Assembly (NCBI RefSeq): GCF_009914755.1
Contig: NC_060934.1
Reading direction: 5' to 3' (one strand)
Length of the DNA stretch: 64,000 bases
Origin: the human T2T-CHM13v2.0 reference genome, Homo sapiens
Part shown: one piece after another, positions 12,790 through 31,980 of the stretch
How the letters are laid out: each line of letters starts with the position of its first letter
Position numbering within the stretch: position 1 is the first letter of the stretch
The notes under the pieces: model-generated
What the model saw: the letters and a program-made list of their open reading frames with translations, nothing else
Told to the model about the DNA's origin: nothing
The model's database searches: none
Program-made: the position numbers and the translations under genes

Positions 12790-15350
12790 AAAAAAATCAT
12801 AATTATCTTATTTTATTTTTTTAAGTTCCGGGATACATGTGTAGGATGTGCATGTTTATTACATAGGTAAACGTGTGCTATGATGGTTTGCTGCACCTGT
12901 CAACCCATCACCCAGATATTAAGCCCAGGGTGCATTGCTCTTTTCCCTAATGCTCTCTCCCTACCATCCTCCACCAACAGGCCCCAGTAAGTGTTGTTCC
13001 CCTCCCCTTGTCCATGTGTTCTCATTGTTCAGCTTCCACTTATAAGTGAGAACATGCGGTGTTTGGTTTTCTGTTCCTGCATTAGTTTGCTGAAAATAAT
13101 GGCTTCCAGCTTCATCCATGTTCCTGCAAAGGACATGACCTCCTTTCTTTTTATGGCTAAATAGTATTCCATGGTGTATATGTACCACATTTTCTTTATC
13201 CAGTCTGTTATTGATAGGTACTTGGGTTGATTCCATGTCTTTGCTGCTGTGAATAGTGCTGCAAGGAACAAACACGTGCATGTAGCTTTTTAATAGAATG
13301 ATTTATATTCCTTTGAGTATGCACCCAATAATGGGATTACTGGGTCAAATGGTATTTCTGGCTCTAAATCTTTGAGGAATCTTCACCATCTTCCACAATG
13401 GTTGAACTAATTTACATTCCCACCAACAAATGTAAAAGTGTTCCTATTTCTCTGCAACCTCACCAACATTTCTTGTTTCTTGACTTTTTAACAATCGCCA
13501 TTCTGACTGGCATGAGATGGTATCTCATTGTAGTTTTGATTTGCATTTATCTAATGATCAGTGATGTTGAGCTATTTTTTCATGTTTGTTGGCCACATGC
13601 ATGTCTTTTTTTGAGAAGTGTCTATTCATATCATTTGCCCACTTTTTAATGGGGTTGCTAGTTTTATTCACGTAAATTTGTTTAAGCTCCTTGTAGATTA
13701 TGGATATGAGCTCTTTGTCAGATGGATAGATTGCAAAAATTTTCTCCCATTCTGTAGGCTGTTTGCTCTGATAGTTTCATTTGCTGTGCAGAAGGCTGTT
13801 TAGTTTAATTAGATCCCATTTGTCAATTTTTGCTTTTGTTGCAATTGCTTTTGGTGATTTCATCATAAAGTCTTTGGCCATGCCTATGTCCTGTATGATA
13901 TTGCCTAGATTCTCTTCTAGGGTTTTTATAGTTTGGGTTTTACATTTAAGTCTTTAATCCATCTTGATTTTTGTATAAGGTGTAAAGAAATGATCTAGTT
14001 TTAATTTTATGCATATGGCTAGCCAGTTCCCTCAGCACCATTTATTAAATAGGGAATCCTTTCACCACTGCTTGTTTTTGTCAGGCTCCTAGAAGATCAG
14101 ATGGTTGTAGATGTGTGGTTTTATTTCTGAGTTCTCTATTCTGTTCCATTGGTCTATGTGCCTGTTTTTGTATCAGTACCATGCTGTTTTGGTTACTGTA
14201 GCCTTGTAGTATAGTTTGAAGTCAAGTAGTGTGATAACTCCAGCTTTGTTCTTTTTGCTTAGGATTGTCTTGGTTATGTGAACTCTTTTTTGGTTCCATA
14301 TGAATTTTAAAATAGTTTTTTTTTTAATTTTTTGAAGAATATCCATGGTAGTTTAATGGGAATAGTATTGAATCTCTAAATTGCTTTGGGCAGTATGGCC
14401 ATTTTCATAATATTGATTCTTCCTACTCATGAACATGGAATGTTTTTCCATCTGCTAGCGTCCTCTTTGATTTCCTTGAGCAGTGGTTTGTAGTTCTCCT
14501 TGAAGAGGTCCTTCACTTTTCTTGTTAATTGTATTCCTAGGTATTTTATTCTATTTGCAGCAATTGTAAATGTGAGTTCATTCATGATTTGGGTTTCTGC
14601 TTGTCTGTTGTTGGTGTATAGGAATGCTTGTGATTTTTGCACATTGATTTTGTATCCTGAGACTTTGCTAAAGTTGCTTCTCAGTTTAAAAAGCTTTTGA
14701 GGTGAAATGATGGGGTTTTCTAGATATAGGATTAAGTCATCTGCAAACAAAGACAATTTGACTTCCTCTCCTCCTATTTGAATACACTATTTCTTTCTTT
14801 CGCCTAATTGCCCTGGCCAGAACTTCCAACACTATGTTGAATATGAGTGGTGAGAGAGGGCATCCTTGTCTTGTGCCAGTTTTCAAGGGGAATGCTTCCA
14901 GGTTTTTCCCAGTCAGTATGATATTGGCTGTATGATATTTGTCATAAATGGCTCTTATTATTTTGAGGTACATTCCTTCAATACGTAGTTTATTGACAGT
15001 TTTTAACATGAAGGGATGTTGAATTTATATTGAAGGCCTTTTCTGTGTCTTTTGAGATAATCATGTTGTTTTTTTCTTTAATTCTGTTTATGTGATGAAT
15101 TACATTTATTGATTTATGTACATTGAACTAGCTTTGCGTCCTGGGGATGACGCCAACTTGATCATGGTGGATAAGTTTTTCGATGTGCTGCTGGATTCAG
15201 TTTGCCAGTATTTTACTGAGAATTTTTGCATCAATGTTCATCAGGAATATTGGCCTGAAGTTATTTTTTTGCTGTTGTATCTCTAACAGGTTTTGGTATC
15301 AGGAAGATGCTGGCCTCATAAAATGAGTTAGGGAAAAGTCTCTCCTTTCC

Positions 15351-15498
15351 TTTTTTTTAAATTTTATTATTATTATACTTTAAGTTTTAGGGTACATGTG
15401 CACCGTGTGCAGGTTTATTACATATGTATACATGTGCCATGTTGGTGTGCTGCACCCATTAACTCATCATTTAGCATTAGGTATATCTCCTAATGCTA
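15351..15498 (-). mobile_element. 150-bp 5'-truncated young L1PA (L1PA3-like) 3' end nested in host ORF2
   Basis: TTTAAGTTTTAGGGTACATGTGCAC...TCATTTAGCATTAGGTATATCTCCTAATGCTAT; host ORF2 continues on both sides. Confidence 0.9.
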
Positions 15499-16260
15499 TT
15501 GTTTGGAATAGTTTAGGAGGAAATGATACGAGTTCCCCTTTGTACCTCTGGTAGAATTCAGCTGTAAATCCATCTGGACCTGGGCTGTTTTTGGTTGGTA
15601 GGCTATTTATTACTACCTAAATTTCAGCACGTGTTATTGGTTTATTCAGGGATTCAACTTCTTCCTGGATCAGGCTTGGGAGGGCCAGAAATTTATCCAT
15701 TTCTCCCGGATTTTCTGGCTTATTTGCATAGAGGTGTTTATAGTATTATTTGATGGCAATTTGTATTTCTCTGGCGTCAGTGGTGGTATCCCCCTTATCA
15801 TTTCTGATTGTCTTTATTTCAGTCTCCTCTCTTTTCTTCATTAGTCTATGTAGCTGTCTATCTATTTTGTTATGTTTTTCAAAAAAAAAAGTTCCTGGAT
15901 TCATTGATTTTTTGAAGGGTTTTTTGTCTCTTTCTCCTTCAGTTTGGCTCTGAGCTTGGCTATTTCTTGTCTTCTGCTAGCTCTGGGGTTGTTTGCTCTT
16001 GGTTCTCTAGTTCTTTTAGTTGTAATGTTAGTGTGTTGATTTCAGAACTTTCTAGCCTTTTGATATGGGCATTTTAGTGCTATAAATTTGCACTGAAAAC
16101 TGCTTTAGCTGCATCCCAGAGATTCTGACACATTGTCTCTGTATTCCTATTGGTTTCAAAGAACTTCTTGATTTCTGCCTTTATTTCACTATTTACCCAG
16201 CAGTCATTCAGGAGCAAATTGTTCAATTTCCATGTAGCTGTGTGGTTTTGAGTGAGCTTT

Positions 16261-20255
<3,995 letters not shown>

Positions 20256-22010
20256 TTGAGTGGGCTTTTTGATATTGAGCTCTAATTTGATTGCGCTGTA
20301 GTCTGAGAGACTGTTAGTTTTGGTTTCAGTTCTTTTGCATTTGCTGAGGAGGGCTTTACTTCCAATTATGTGGTTAATTTTAGAGTAAGTGCCATGTGAC
20401 ACCGAAAAAAGATGTATATTCTTTTCTTTTGGGATGGCGAATTATGTAGGTATCTATCAGGTCCACTTGGACTGGAACTGTGTTCAAGTCCTAAATATCG
20501 TTGTTAATTTTCTGTCTTGATAATCTGTCTAATACTGACAGTGGGTTATTAAAGTCTCCCACTATTGTTGTGTGGGGGTCTAAGTTTCTTTATAGGTCTC
20601 TAAGAACTTGTTTTATGAATCACGGTGAATCATAAAATCAGAACTTGTTTTATGAATCGTAATATATATTAGGTGACTATATATTAGGACAGTTAATTTT
20701 TCTTGTTGAACTGAGCCCTTTAACATTATATAAAGCCCTTCTTTGTCTTTTTTGAACTTTGTTGGTTTAAAGTCTATTTTGTCAGAAACTAGGATTGCAA
20801 ACCCTGCTTTTTTCTCCTTTCCATTTGCTTGGTTTATTTTCCTCCATCCTTTTATTTCGAGTCTATGTGCATCTTTACATGTAAGATCTGTCTCCTGAAT
20901 ACAGCACACCGATGGGTCTTGTCTTTGTATCAAGCTTGCCATTCTGTGTCTTTTAATTGGGGTTTTTAGCTCATTTACATTTAAGGTTAATATTGTTATG
21001 TGTGGATTTGATCCTGTCATCATGATGCTAGCTGGTTAAATTTGCAGTCTTGTTAATGTAGCAACTGCTTCATAGTGTCATTAGGCTGTGTACTTCAGTG
21101 TGTTTTTGTAGTGGCTGGTAATGGTTTTTCCTATCCTTGTTTAGTACTTCCTTCAGGAGTTTTTACAAGGCAGGCCTGGTGGTGACAAAATCCCTCACCA
21201 TTTGCTTGTCTGAGAAAGATTTTATTTCTCCTTCACTTATGAAGCTTCATTTGGCTGGATATGATATTCTGGTTCTCATTATTTTGAACTAAGTTCCTTC
21301 TCTTTAAAGGAATTTACTTTTTTTTTTAAAGAATGTTGACTATTGGCTCCCAATCTCTTCTGGCTTGTAGGGTTTATGCAGAGAGGTCAGCTGTTAGTCT
21401 GATGGGTTTCCCTTTGTACGTGACCTGGTCTTTCTCTCTGGCTGCCCTTAATATTTCTTTCTTTCTTTCAGCTTTGGAGAATCTGATTATTATGTGTCTT
21501 GGAATAGATCTTTTCATGGAGTATCTTATTGGGAGTCTCTGGATTTCCTGAATTTGAATATAGGCCGGTCTTGCTAAATTGGGGAAGTTCTCCTGGATTA
21601 TATCTTGCAGTGTGTTTTCCAACTTGCTTCTATTCTCCCCATCTCTTTCAGGTACTCCAATTAGTCATAGGTTTGGTCTTACAGAGTCCCACAGTTAAAA
21701 ACCCCAGAGGTTTTGTTTATTCCTTTTCATTCTTTTTTTCTCTAATCTTTTCTGCTTGCCTTATTTCAGCAAGATAGTCCTCAAGCTCTAATAGTCTCTC
21801 TCCTGCTTGGTTGATTTGGCTATTGATACTTGTGTTTGCATCATGAAGTTCTCATCCTGTGTTTTTCAGCTTCATCAGGTCATTTATGTTTCACTCTAAA
21901 CTGGTTATTCTAGTTAACAAATCCTGTAATCTTTTATCATGGTTCTTAGCTTCTTTGCAGTGGGTTAGAATATAATCCATTAGCTTGGCGAAATTCGTTA
22001 TTATCCACTT

Positions 22011-22288
22011 TTTTTTTTTTTTGAGATGGAGTCTCGCTCTGTCGCCCATGCTGGAGTGCAGTGGCGCCATCTTGGCTCACTACAACCTCCATCTCCAGGT
22101 TCAAGCGATTCTCCTGCCTTAGTCTTCCCAGTAGCTGCGCCAACATGCCCAGCTAATTTTCATATTTTTAATAGAGACGGGGTTTCACCATGTTGGCCAG
22201 GCTGGTCTCAAACTCCTGACCTCAGGTGATAGCCTGCATCGGCCTCCCAAAGTGCTGGGATTACAGGTGAGAGCCACAGCGCCTGACC
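22011..22288 (-). mobile_element. AluS in host L1 ORF1
   Basis: Alu dimer; TSD TATTATCCACTT / TATTACCCACTT. Confidence 0.93.
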
Positions 22289-24331
22289 TATTACCCACTT
22301 TCTGAAGCCTACTCTTGTCAGTTCATCCATCTCAGCTGCAGCCCTGTTCTGTGCCCTTGCTGGAGAAGTGTTGTGGTCATTTGGAGAAGAGGCATACTGG
22401 CTTTTGGAATTTTAAGCGTTTTTGCATTAGTTTATCGTAATCTTTGTGGATTTATCTACCTTTGATCTTTGAGGCTGATGACCTTTGGATGGGGCTTTTG
22501 TCGGGGGTGGGGGTGGCTGTCTTTTATGTTGATGTTGCCGTTGTTGCTTTTAGTTTGTTAGTTTTTCTTCTAACAGTCTGGCCCATCTTCTGCAGATCTG
22601 TTGCAGTTTGCTGGGGTTCACTCCAGACCCTGGTTGCCTGGGTATCACCTGTAGAGGCTGCAGAACAGCAAAGATTTCTGCCTGCTCCTTCCTCTGGAAG
22701 CTTTGTCCCAGAGAGGCACCAGCCTGATGCCAGCCAGAGCTCTCCTGTATGAGGTGTCTGTCAACCGCTGTTGGAAGGTCTCTCCCACTCAGAAGGCATG
22801 GGGTCAGGGACCCGCTTGAGAAGGCAGTCTCTGCCTTAGCAGAGTTGGTGCACTGTGCTGGAAGAATGCCCCTTGTCAGGATCCACCCCTCTCTTTACAG
22901 CCATCAGGCAGGAAAGATTAAGTCTTTAGAAACTGAGACTGTAGCTGCCCCTCCCCCCAGATGCTCTGACCCAGGGAGATGAGAGTTCTGTGTGTAAGCC
23001 CCTTACTGGAGCTGCTGTATTTTCTGTAGAGATGCCCTGCCTGGTGAGGAGGGATCTAGAGAAGCAGTCTGGCCACTGCCACTTTGCTGCGCTGTGGCGA
23101 ATTCCTCCCAGTCCAACCTTGCCAATCTCCTTAGCACTGTCAGGGGAAAACTGACTACTAGAGCCACAGTAATGGCAGTCCCTCCTCTCCCCCGACCCCG
23201 AACTCAGTTGTCCCAGTCAGACTACAGATGTATGTGCTGGTAGTGGGAATTTCAAGCCGGTGGTTCTTAGCTTGCTGGGCTCCGTGGGAGTGGGACCCGC
23301 TGAGTGAGACCCTGGCTTCAGCCCCCTCTTCACGGGACTGGATGGTTCTCCTGTCTCACTGGAGTTACAGGTGTTGCTGCAGTATGTAAAAACTCCTGCA
23401 GCTCAGTGCCTGTCTAAACAGGTGCCCAGGTTTGTGTTTGAAACCCGGGACCTTGGCGGTGTAGGCTCATGAGGGATTCTCCTGATCCGCAGATTACAAA
23501 AGTCCGTGGGAAAAAACAAATAACCCTGGCGGGTAGCAGAGTTCCTCACCACTTCTATTGGCTGCGGGAGAAAGGTCTCTCCCTCTGTACACTTCCCAGG
23601 TGAAGCGACGCCAAACACTGCTCCTGCTTGCTTTCTTGGGTTGTGCCCACTGCCTAGCCAGTCCCAGTGAAATGAACTGGGTATTTCAGTTGGAAATGCA
23701 GAAATCACTCACCTTCTATGTGGATCTCGCTGGGAGGTGCAGACCGGAGCTGTTTCTATTTGGCCATCTCGGGCCCTACAAGGAGCATTTTGTTTTATCA
23801 GCCCCAGTTGACTAAGATGATGACTCTTTTACTTCTTATCATTTTTTCTTCAGTAGTCAAATATCTGCAGAAATCTGGTTTATTGTAAACATTTAACAGG
23901 AATGGATATTTGAAAGTAAATCAGTTTGACTTTTACATCTTTATGGCTATTGTGACAATATACATTACTAGTCAGGAGTCACTCTGAAGCAGATAGGCAA
24001 AGCAAGCAGAACATAAATATGCCAATACATTTCACAATTGTGGGTACTGAATAAATGTAAGTCTGTGAAATAGAGTAACCAACGTGAAAAAATAAGAAAA
24101 CTGTTTGTGGTCATTAAAAAAAATAGAAAAACTCCAATAAGAACTTAGAAAAGTATGACTATGTATTTAGGAGAGCCTACCCCATATGATCTCTGATTTA
24201 AATAGTATTAAATAAGAACAGGTTATCTTATATTTTTATTGTCAGACTCAAAACTGATGAAGGATGATATATATGTTGTAAGCATAGTTAAATATGTAAG
24301 CTGCCTCAAGGTGGAATGAAGAAATATAGAA

Positions 24332-24468
24332 TATATATATACATATATATACGTATATATATACATATATATGTGTATATATATACGTATATATATGTAT
24401 ATATATACACATATATGTATATATATACATATACATATATGTGTATATATATACGTGTATATATATGC
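24332..24468. repeat. (TA)-rich degenerate microsatellite
   Basis: Visible TATATA/TACA/TATG repeats. Confidence 0.95.
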
Positions 24469-25869
24469 ATAGCCAAGTTACGATACTATTGAAAACATCT
24501 AATTGTGTTTAGGAGGAGAAAATAAGCACATTTCTGGCCATAGACTTGCCTTTCCTTTGGAATAAAGAGAAGTAAGGAAAGAAAAGATTCTTCAGAATTG
24601 CCCTCCACTTCTCTAATGTCATTAATTTTTTGAAGTCTTACCTCAAATTTCACTCTGAGTTGAAACTCCCTGACCTGCATCATCACCCTTTTTTCCTTCA
24701 CTTCCAATTACATTCTGCAATAACCACTCTTGACTTCCTTAAGATTATAGGAGACTATATATAAACTTTAGGTCAGGCAACATGAAAAACGTGTTCTTGA
24801 ATTTTTTAAAAATCCTCTGTTCATTTCACACGATAGAGAAGTCTTTAAAATCCCTAAAAAGGAAGTTTTCCTATTACAGACTAACTACTGAATCTCCCAT
24901 TTATTTCTTAAGTTTCGATCTCATGTGGAGACAACATATAACCCTGAACAATTACTCAAATATTTATTAAAAAACAAGTGACTTTATTCATATTTTAATT
25001 TTAACAACATCCTGTTTTAAAAACAAATTTAATAAACAAAAGCTGACAATCTTTTAAAGTATAATTTTCTCTTCATATATCAGCAACACATATATACCCT
25101 CTAAACAAATTTATTTTTGGTTTAACTTTTAAATAAGTATTTGACAATGTGGTAAATATGCAAGTTAGAAAAGGCATATTAAGACACACCAGGAGTTAAC
25201 TTGACTGTTGGTGACAGACTTCTAGGAAAGAAGACAATGGGACAGTTTTTCAAGTCCTTCAAATTTGAATACTCTCACATTATAACAGCTAGTACACCCT
25301 TTCTAGAATAAGACTCTTACCTGTTGTGGTCATTATAGTCCAAATTCTGATTAAATTCTGATTTTTAAATTGCTCTTGCTCTGACCAGCAGCTGCATTTT
25401 TCTGAAAGTCTCAGTGCTGCTGGATAACTTAGCACTGTCATTTTTATATCAAAATTTTCTCTTGCTAGCTGAAGAGAAACAATTCTTTAACATAGAAATG
25501 AGTCTGCTTTTAACAAGCCCTAAAACCATCCCTGTTCTTACTGGGTTTGTGGTATTGCTGTAAGAGAATGTTTATTATTCTTCTGCACAAATAAATTTTA
25601 TTTATGTCCAAATTTTCCACTATATCATCTCCTTAATTTCTGTGCCACTTTATTTAAAATAACTAAATTTTATATGTCAATGCATATTTAACTGTTATGA
25701 ATAAGAATGTAAAATATACAGTTACTTCTGTTGTGTCCAGTTCCTTTCTCTAAATCCTTATTTACTTTATAGTATTCTAGACATGTAGTCAAGGGAAATG
25801 AACTTTTGCTCCTGTGAAATTTTGTAGGAAACTTTTTGCCTTAGTGCCTAAAGTTACTGAAAACAAGAC

Positions 25870-26668
<799 letters not shown>

Positions 26669-27049
26669 GACAGAGCTCAAGTTGCAAGGAATAATTAGAA
26701 AAAGATCAGGAATTGAAGAAGTGGAGCAATAATGGGCTGACAACAGGGTAAATTGGCAAGTTTCAAGAGGAGTAAAAGTTGAGACTGAGTTAAATTAGGT
26801 ATAGCACTTTCCTGTCAGCTTTTATTTTACTTCTGGGAAAAGTATGTTTTCTTGGTAACAATCCTGGGATGTAAGTTGTGATAATATATCCTGCAAAAGT
26901 CAAACACAGGTGTCCTGAGTCAACCTAAAGCAGCAGGTAAGGGCTATGGAGCCCTTGGACATCAGAATAATAGTATTGCAAATGTGACTCAATGTCTAAA
27001 CCAAAGCTACACTAATACACTTGCAAAATAAACATTTTTTAGAAAGGTT

Positions 27050-27802
27050 CTTATTTTCTCTCATCCCCAGTTTGGTGTACTGAAATTCAGTTTTGGCACT
27101 AACCATCCAGAGTTAGCATAGACATTCAAGGTTACTTAAGACATCTGCTGCCTTTCAGAGGTTCCCAGGCCTCCTGCACTTTTGATCCACTGACTATAAA
27201 TTTAGGGTTTCCCATGACACCCTCAGATTTAGTAATTAATTAGAATGATTTACAGAAGTTACAAAAGCATTACACTTTTGCAGTTTTATCATAAAACATA
27301 CAAATCAGGAAGACCAGCCAAATAAAGAGACACATAGGATGACGTATTGAAAGGAACGCAGAGCTTCTGTGTCCTCTCTCACTGGAATGAAGGTTTATTT
27401 TTCTCACAGCAAAACAATATGTTCACTAACTGGGACACTGCACTAAATGTTAGTATCTAGTGTTTTACTGGGGTTTTATTATGTAGAAATTACTGATTGA
27501 TTCAATCATTGGCTGTATCGTTTAGCTCAAACTCTTGCCCCTTCATTCCCTGAACATTGAGCTGGCTCTAGTCCCAATCCTCTAATTACCTGGTTGGTCT
27601 TTCTCGTGACCAGCTCCAATCCCAGAGCTATCTATAGGACACGTTGAGTCACTTCATTCATATAACAACAAAAACCAAAACAACAAAGCAACCAACAAAC
27701 AAAAAAACAAACAAACTCCTACCACTGGAGAAATTCCAAGGATTTTAGAAGCTTCCTACAGAAACTCTGGACAAAGATCAGACAAACTCTTATTATACAA
27801 CA
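27050..27802 (-). mobile_element. MER21-type solo LTR
   Basis: Minus strand begins TGTTGTATAATAAGAG...TCTTTGTCCAGAGTTTCTG...CTAAAATCCTTGGAATTTC. Confidence 0.75.
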
Positions 27803-27844
27803 GCATGTATTTGCTGTTTTGAGATAAATATTTTGCTTTCTCAG

Positions 27845-28287
27845 CTAGATCACATTTTAATACCCTTTTCCCACTTTTATTCTCTGGATAACCTGACAGA
27901 AATGTGGAAATAGTCAGGAATAATCATAGGAGATTTACATATATTAGCTAGCAATCATCATTACAGCCTATATGATAGTATTTTATCCTAATTTTTAGAT
28001 GAGAGAATTTAAGCATTGGAAAGTTGAGTAACTTGTTTCAAATCGTACACTAAGTAAGAGGCAAATCATACACTAGATTACGTTTTAATATCCCTTTCCC
28101 ACTTTTATTCTCCTGGATAACCTAGCAGAAATGTGGAAGTAGGAATAATAGTAAGAGATTTACATATATTAGCTAGCAATCATTACATGCTATGAGATAG
28201 TATTTTATCCTATTTTTTAGATGAGAGAACTAAAGCATTGGAAAGTTGAGTAGCTTGCTTCAAATTATACACTGAGTAAGAAGCAAA
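27845..28287. repeat. Diverged tandem duplication (2 copies, period 228 bp) containing a MIR fragment
   Basis: CTAGAT..TTTTAATA..TTCCCACTTTTATTCTC..GAGATTTACATATATTAGCTAGCAATCAT..AAGCATTGGAAAGTTGAGTA repeated at 27845 and 28073. Confidence 0.92.
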
Positions 28288-29232
28288 GTCCATCCTGGAA
28301 ACCAGGACAAGCCAGGCCCAAAACCTAGACACAGCAAGGGTAAAGGTTGTTGTGGTCCATTACTTCTAGGACCTTAAATGTGAGGCTGTTTTAGTATTTA
28401 CCTCAAAATGGATACCAAAAGTTTTTTGGTAACATTTTCCAAACTGTGTATCAATTAGAGTATGATTTATATTTGCTTTATCTTGCAGGCCTCCACATCC
28501 AATTAACGTAAAACTCTGTTCTCCGAAGTGTTGTTCAATGTGTCCTGCTACCAAGAGGCACACTCTGCATTTTAAGATGGGTTGTATCCAAGCACTTTAT
28601 TTTCCTTAAGGTAGCCATGTAATTACCAAATGGCTGCAGCTCTGCTCCCATGATTGGGAGGGTATTTTGATACCTAGATGTTCTTTAGCTTCTTTGTTGT
28701 TAGAAAACAGTAAAATCTACTAATTATAATTAAGACTAGTGTACTTAAATGTGGAACACATTATCACAGAAATAATACATCTTTATGACTCAAATCTATG
28801 TCAAGAAGCTGGTGGACTCTGGGACAAACACATTTAAAACATATATGCTTATACATTGTCAAGCATTTCTAAAATGGGCTTCTATTGAAACATTAGATTT
28901 TTCTGCAATTGTTAAATGTCTGTGTGCTTCAAAATTTCCAAAAGCTTCCCAAGAAAATAATCTGAAATTTTATGGAGGTGCTATATATTTTAAGCCATTA
29001 AAACACATTCTAACCTTAGAGTTTCAGCTTAAGGTGATTACTGAGTGAATTCTGGTTTTTCAGTAACCTGTGCTCTCAACAGGAAAATAGTCTGTAACAT
29101 GTATTAATTTTTCTCTCCTCTAAACTGTGATGATGCAAGTTGAAGTCAACAGCCATTACTTAAAAAGTATAAAAATGCTGCCCACATATATTTATACTTA
29201 TGTCATCAAACTGAGAATGTGATAATCCTTAT

Positions 29233-29400
29233 CAGTGATGCTCCCTGTGGTTGACAACCAGCACCATCAGCATCACTGGGAAGATGCAAAAACCTGGGGT
29301 CCACCCCAGACTAACTGAATCAGAACTTCTAGGGTTACAGCCCAGAAATCAGTATATTCTTCAGATCATTCTGATGCATACTAAAGTTTGAGCACCATTT
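29233..29400. mobile_element. MER5A (hAT-Charlie MITE)
   Basis: CCAGCACCATCAGCATCACTGGGAA...CCACCCCAGACTAACTGAATCAGAAC...TTCTGATGCATACTAAAGTTTGAGCACCA. Confidence 0.8.
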
Positions 29401-29899
29401 CCTTAGTTTATTATTTGAGATAAAACACTGAAGATGCCTTCTAAGTTATAAATGTATATGGGGTCAATGTAAGTAACATCACCAATCCTGAACACATCCA
29501 TTCCAATAACCTCACATCAGCAAGAATACCTTTGTCATAATGAGTCATCTTGAACACACCTACAATAGTAAAGAATAAAACTTGTCAATTCTTATGTTGG
29601 AAGTAAATAAGAAAAGGTCTAGAATAAAGAAAAACTTTATTTGTCAGGTACAGAAGATTTGAACATGATAGAAATGCAGAAAGAAAAAGAAGGTAGAAAG
29701 TGTCTTGATGGGAGAAAGTGAGTAGCCTTGTTTCTGATTTTTTTAAATTGGCTTTTCATATATGAGAGCATAAAAGCAATATGCTGGGAGCTTTTTGAAG
29801 AGGAGGGGAACTTCCTTCTTTCTACTCTAGGTCACAGCACCTGGTTATAGCCTAAAAATATAAATAGACACATGAAATGGAGTAAAAAGGATAGTTTCA

Positions 29900-31945
29900 C
29901 ATTAGTCATGTTATCCCTCTCTCACCTCTGGCCAGCACAGCATGAAAAGAGATACTTTCTGTGTGGGAAAAAAAAGAGGAAAGTATGTGTAGGAACTTGC
30001 CTTGGGCCCCAACACTGGGCTTGCCACAGGAAAATTCAGCACTGGGAAGCCTCCACGGTCTCTACATCCAGGATAGTACCTAAGGACTGAGTCATTAGAC
30101 CCACCCCAGTACCAAATGGGTGCCAATAACCTGTGTAAGAAAGATTGCTTTTTGGCCCACATCACCAATGCCTGACTGCAATGGCCTTAAATTCTGAATA
30201 AACGTCAACAGCAAGCTAACTTTAAAATCCAGGGGCTTTGGGTGTGTTCCAGAACTGCATAAGCTCCAAGTGGCCATTGAATTTCAGTCCAAGGCTGCAC
30301 CAACCTTTGTGGCCACATGACTCTAGCGCAGGCTACACAAGTTGAAGCAATTCTAGGCTTAGGGTGCTTTCTAGTGCTACAAGAGCTTCAGTGGCCATGG
30401 ATTTAGAGACCATACCAGTTAGTTTGCACAGAATTTCTGGACAGATTTACTGTTGAAGAACAGTCCCAGACAAAGTCAAACTACAAAGGTTAAAGCAAGT
30501 ACCTAATTTTTCAATGTATACACATTGACACATGACCATAAGGATCAAGAAAAATCAGGAAAACATTTCACCAAATGGACAAAATAAAGTGCTAGTGACT
30601 AACCTTAAAAAGATGGAGATGTCTAAACTGCCTGACAAAAATTCAAAATAGGTGTGTTAAATCTCAGTGAACTTCCAAAAAATTCAGAAAAACAATTTTA
30701 AAATGTATCAGATAAATTTAACAGAAAGATTTAAACAATTTTAAAAATCAAATAGAAATTCTGGAAATAAAAACACAATGAACAAAGAAAAAAACACCAT
30801 AGAGAGCATCAACAGCATAACTGATCAAAGATAATAAAGGATCTGTGAACTCAAAGACAGGTTATTTGAAAATATAAAGTTAGAGGAAAAACATAATGAA
30901 AAGTCATAAAGAAAGCTTATGTGATTGATAAGACAGCATCAAAAGGGCAAATTACCAGTCATTGACCTTCAAAACAGAATAGATGAAGATAAAATGATAA
31001 GAAGTTTATTTAATGAAATAATAGAATAAAACTTTCCAAGCCTAGAGAAAGATATAAATATCCATGTGCAGGAAGGTCAAAATCTCCAATCATATTCAAT
31101 TCTAATGAGATTAACTCAAGACATTAACACTATCAAAGATTAAAGGAAAAAAGAAGGTCCTAAATGTAACAACAATAACAAAAACAAAACAGCAAATAAC
31201 ATATAAAGGAGTTCCAAAGCTAAGCAAATAACTTCTAAGAAGAAACCTTCCAGGGCAGGAGATAGTTGAATAATATATTTAAAGTGCTGAAGGAAAAAGA
31301 CTGTCAACCAAAAATACTGTACCTAAAAAACCATCCATAAGATGTGTGTGAGAGAGAGAAAGATTTTCCTAAGCATACAAAATATGAAGTTGTAGAACAG
31401 GTATGGTGATACCTGTTCTACAAAAAAAAAAAAATGCTAAAGAAAGTGTTTCAAGCTGAGAAAAAGATACTAATGAGTAACATAAAAAAATCTAAAAGTA
31501 TAACACTCATTGAAAAAGTAAGTACACAGTCAGATTCATAGTACTCTAATACTGTAATGGTGGAGTGTAAATCACATATGTCTATCAAGAAGGTTAAAAG
31601 ACAATTCCATTAAAATAATAATAATAATTACAATGATTTTTAAGGAATATGCAATATAAGAACATGTAAATTGTGATGATTAAAATTCAAAATGTTGTGA
31701 GGAGTGGCATTAAAGTGTATGAAGGTTTATTTGTTTGTTTGTTTTTACAATTAAAGTTATCAACACGTGCTGTAACTATAGGATAATTTTTTTCAGCCTC
31801 ATGGTAACCACAAAGAAAGAACCTAAAATAGATACATTAAACTAAAAAGTCAGGGATCAAACATACTAATAAAGAATATCACTTAACCACAAATAAAGAC
31901 AATATGAAAGAAACAAAGAGAGAGAAAGAAAGAAGAAAGACAGAC

Positions 31946-31980
<35 letters not shown>

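Noticed and set aside
28470-28620. AG...GT bounded candidate exon
   Set aside because: Weak donor, stops in the frames I checked, no recognisable product
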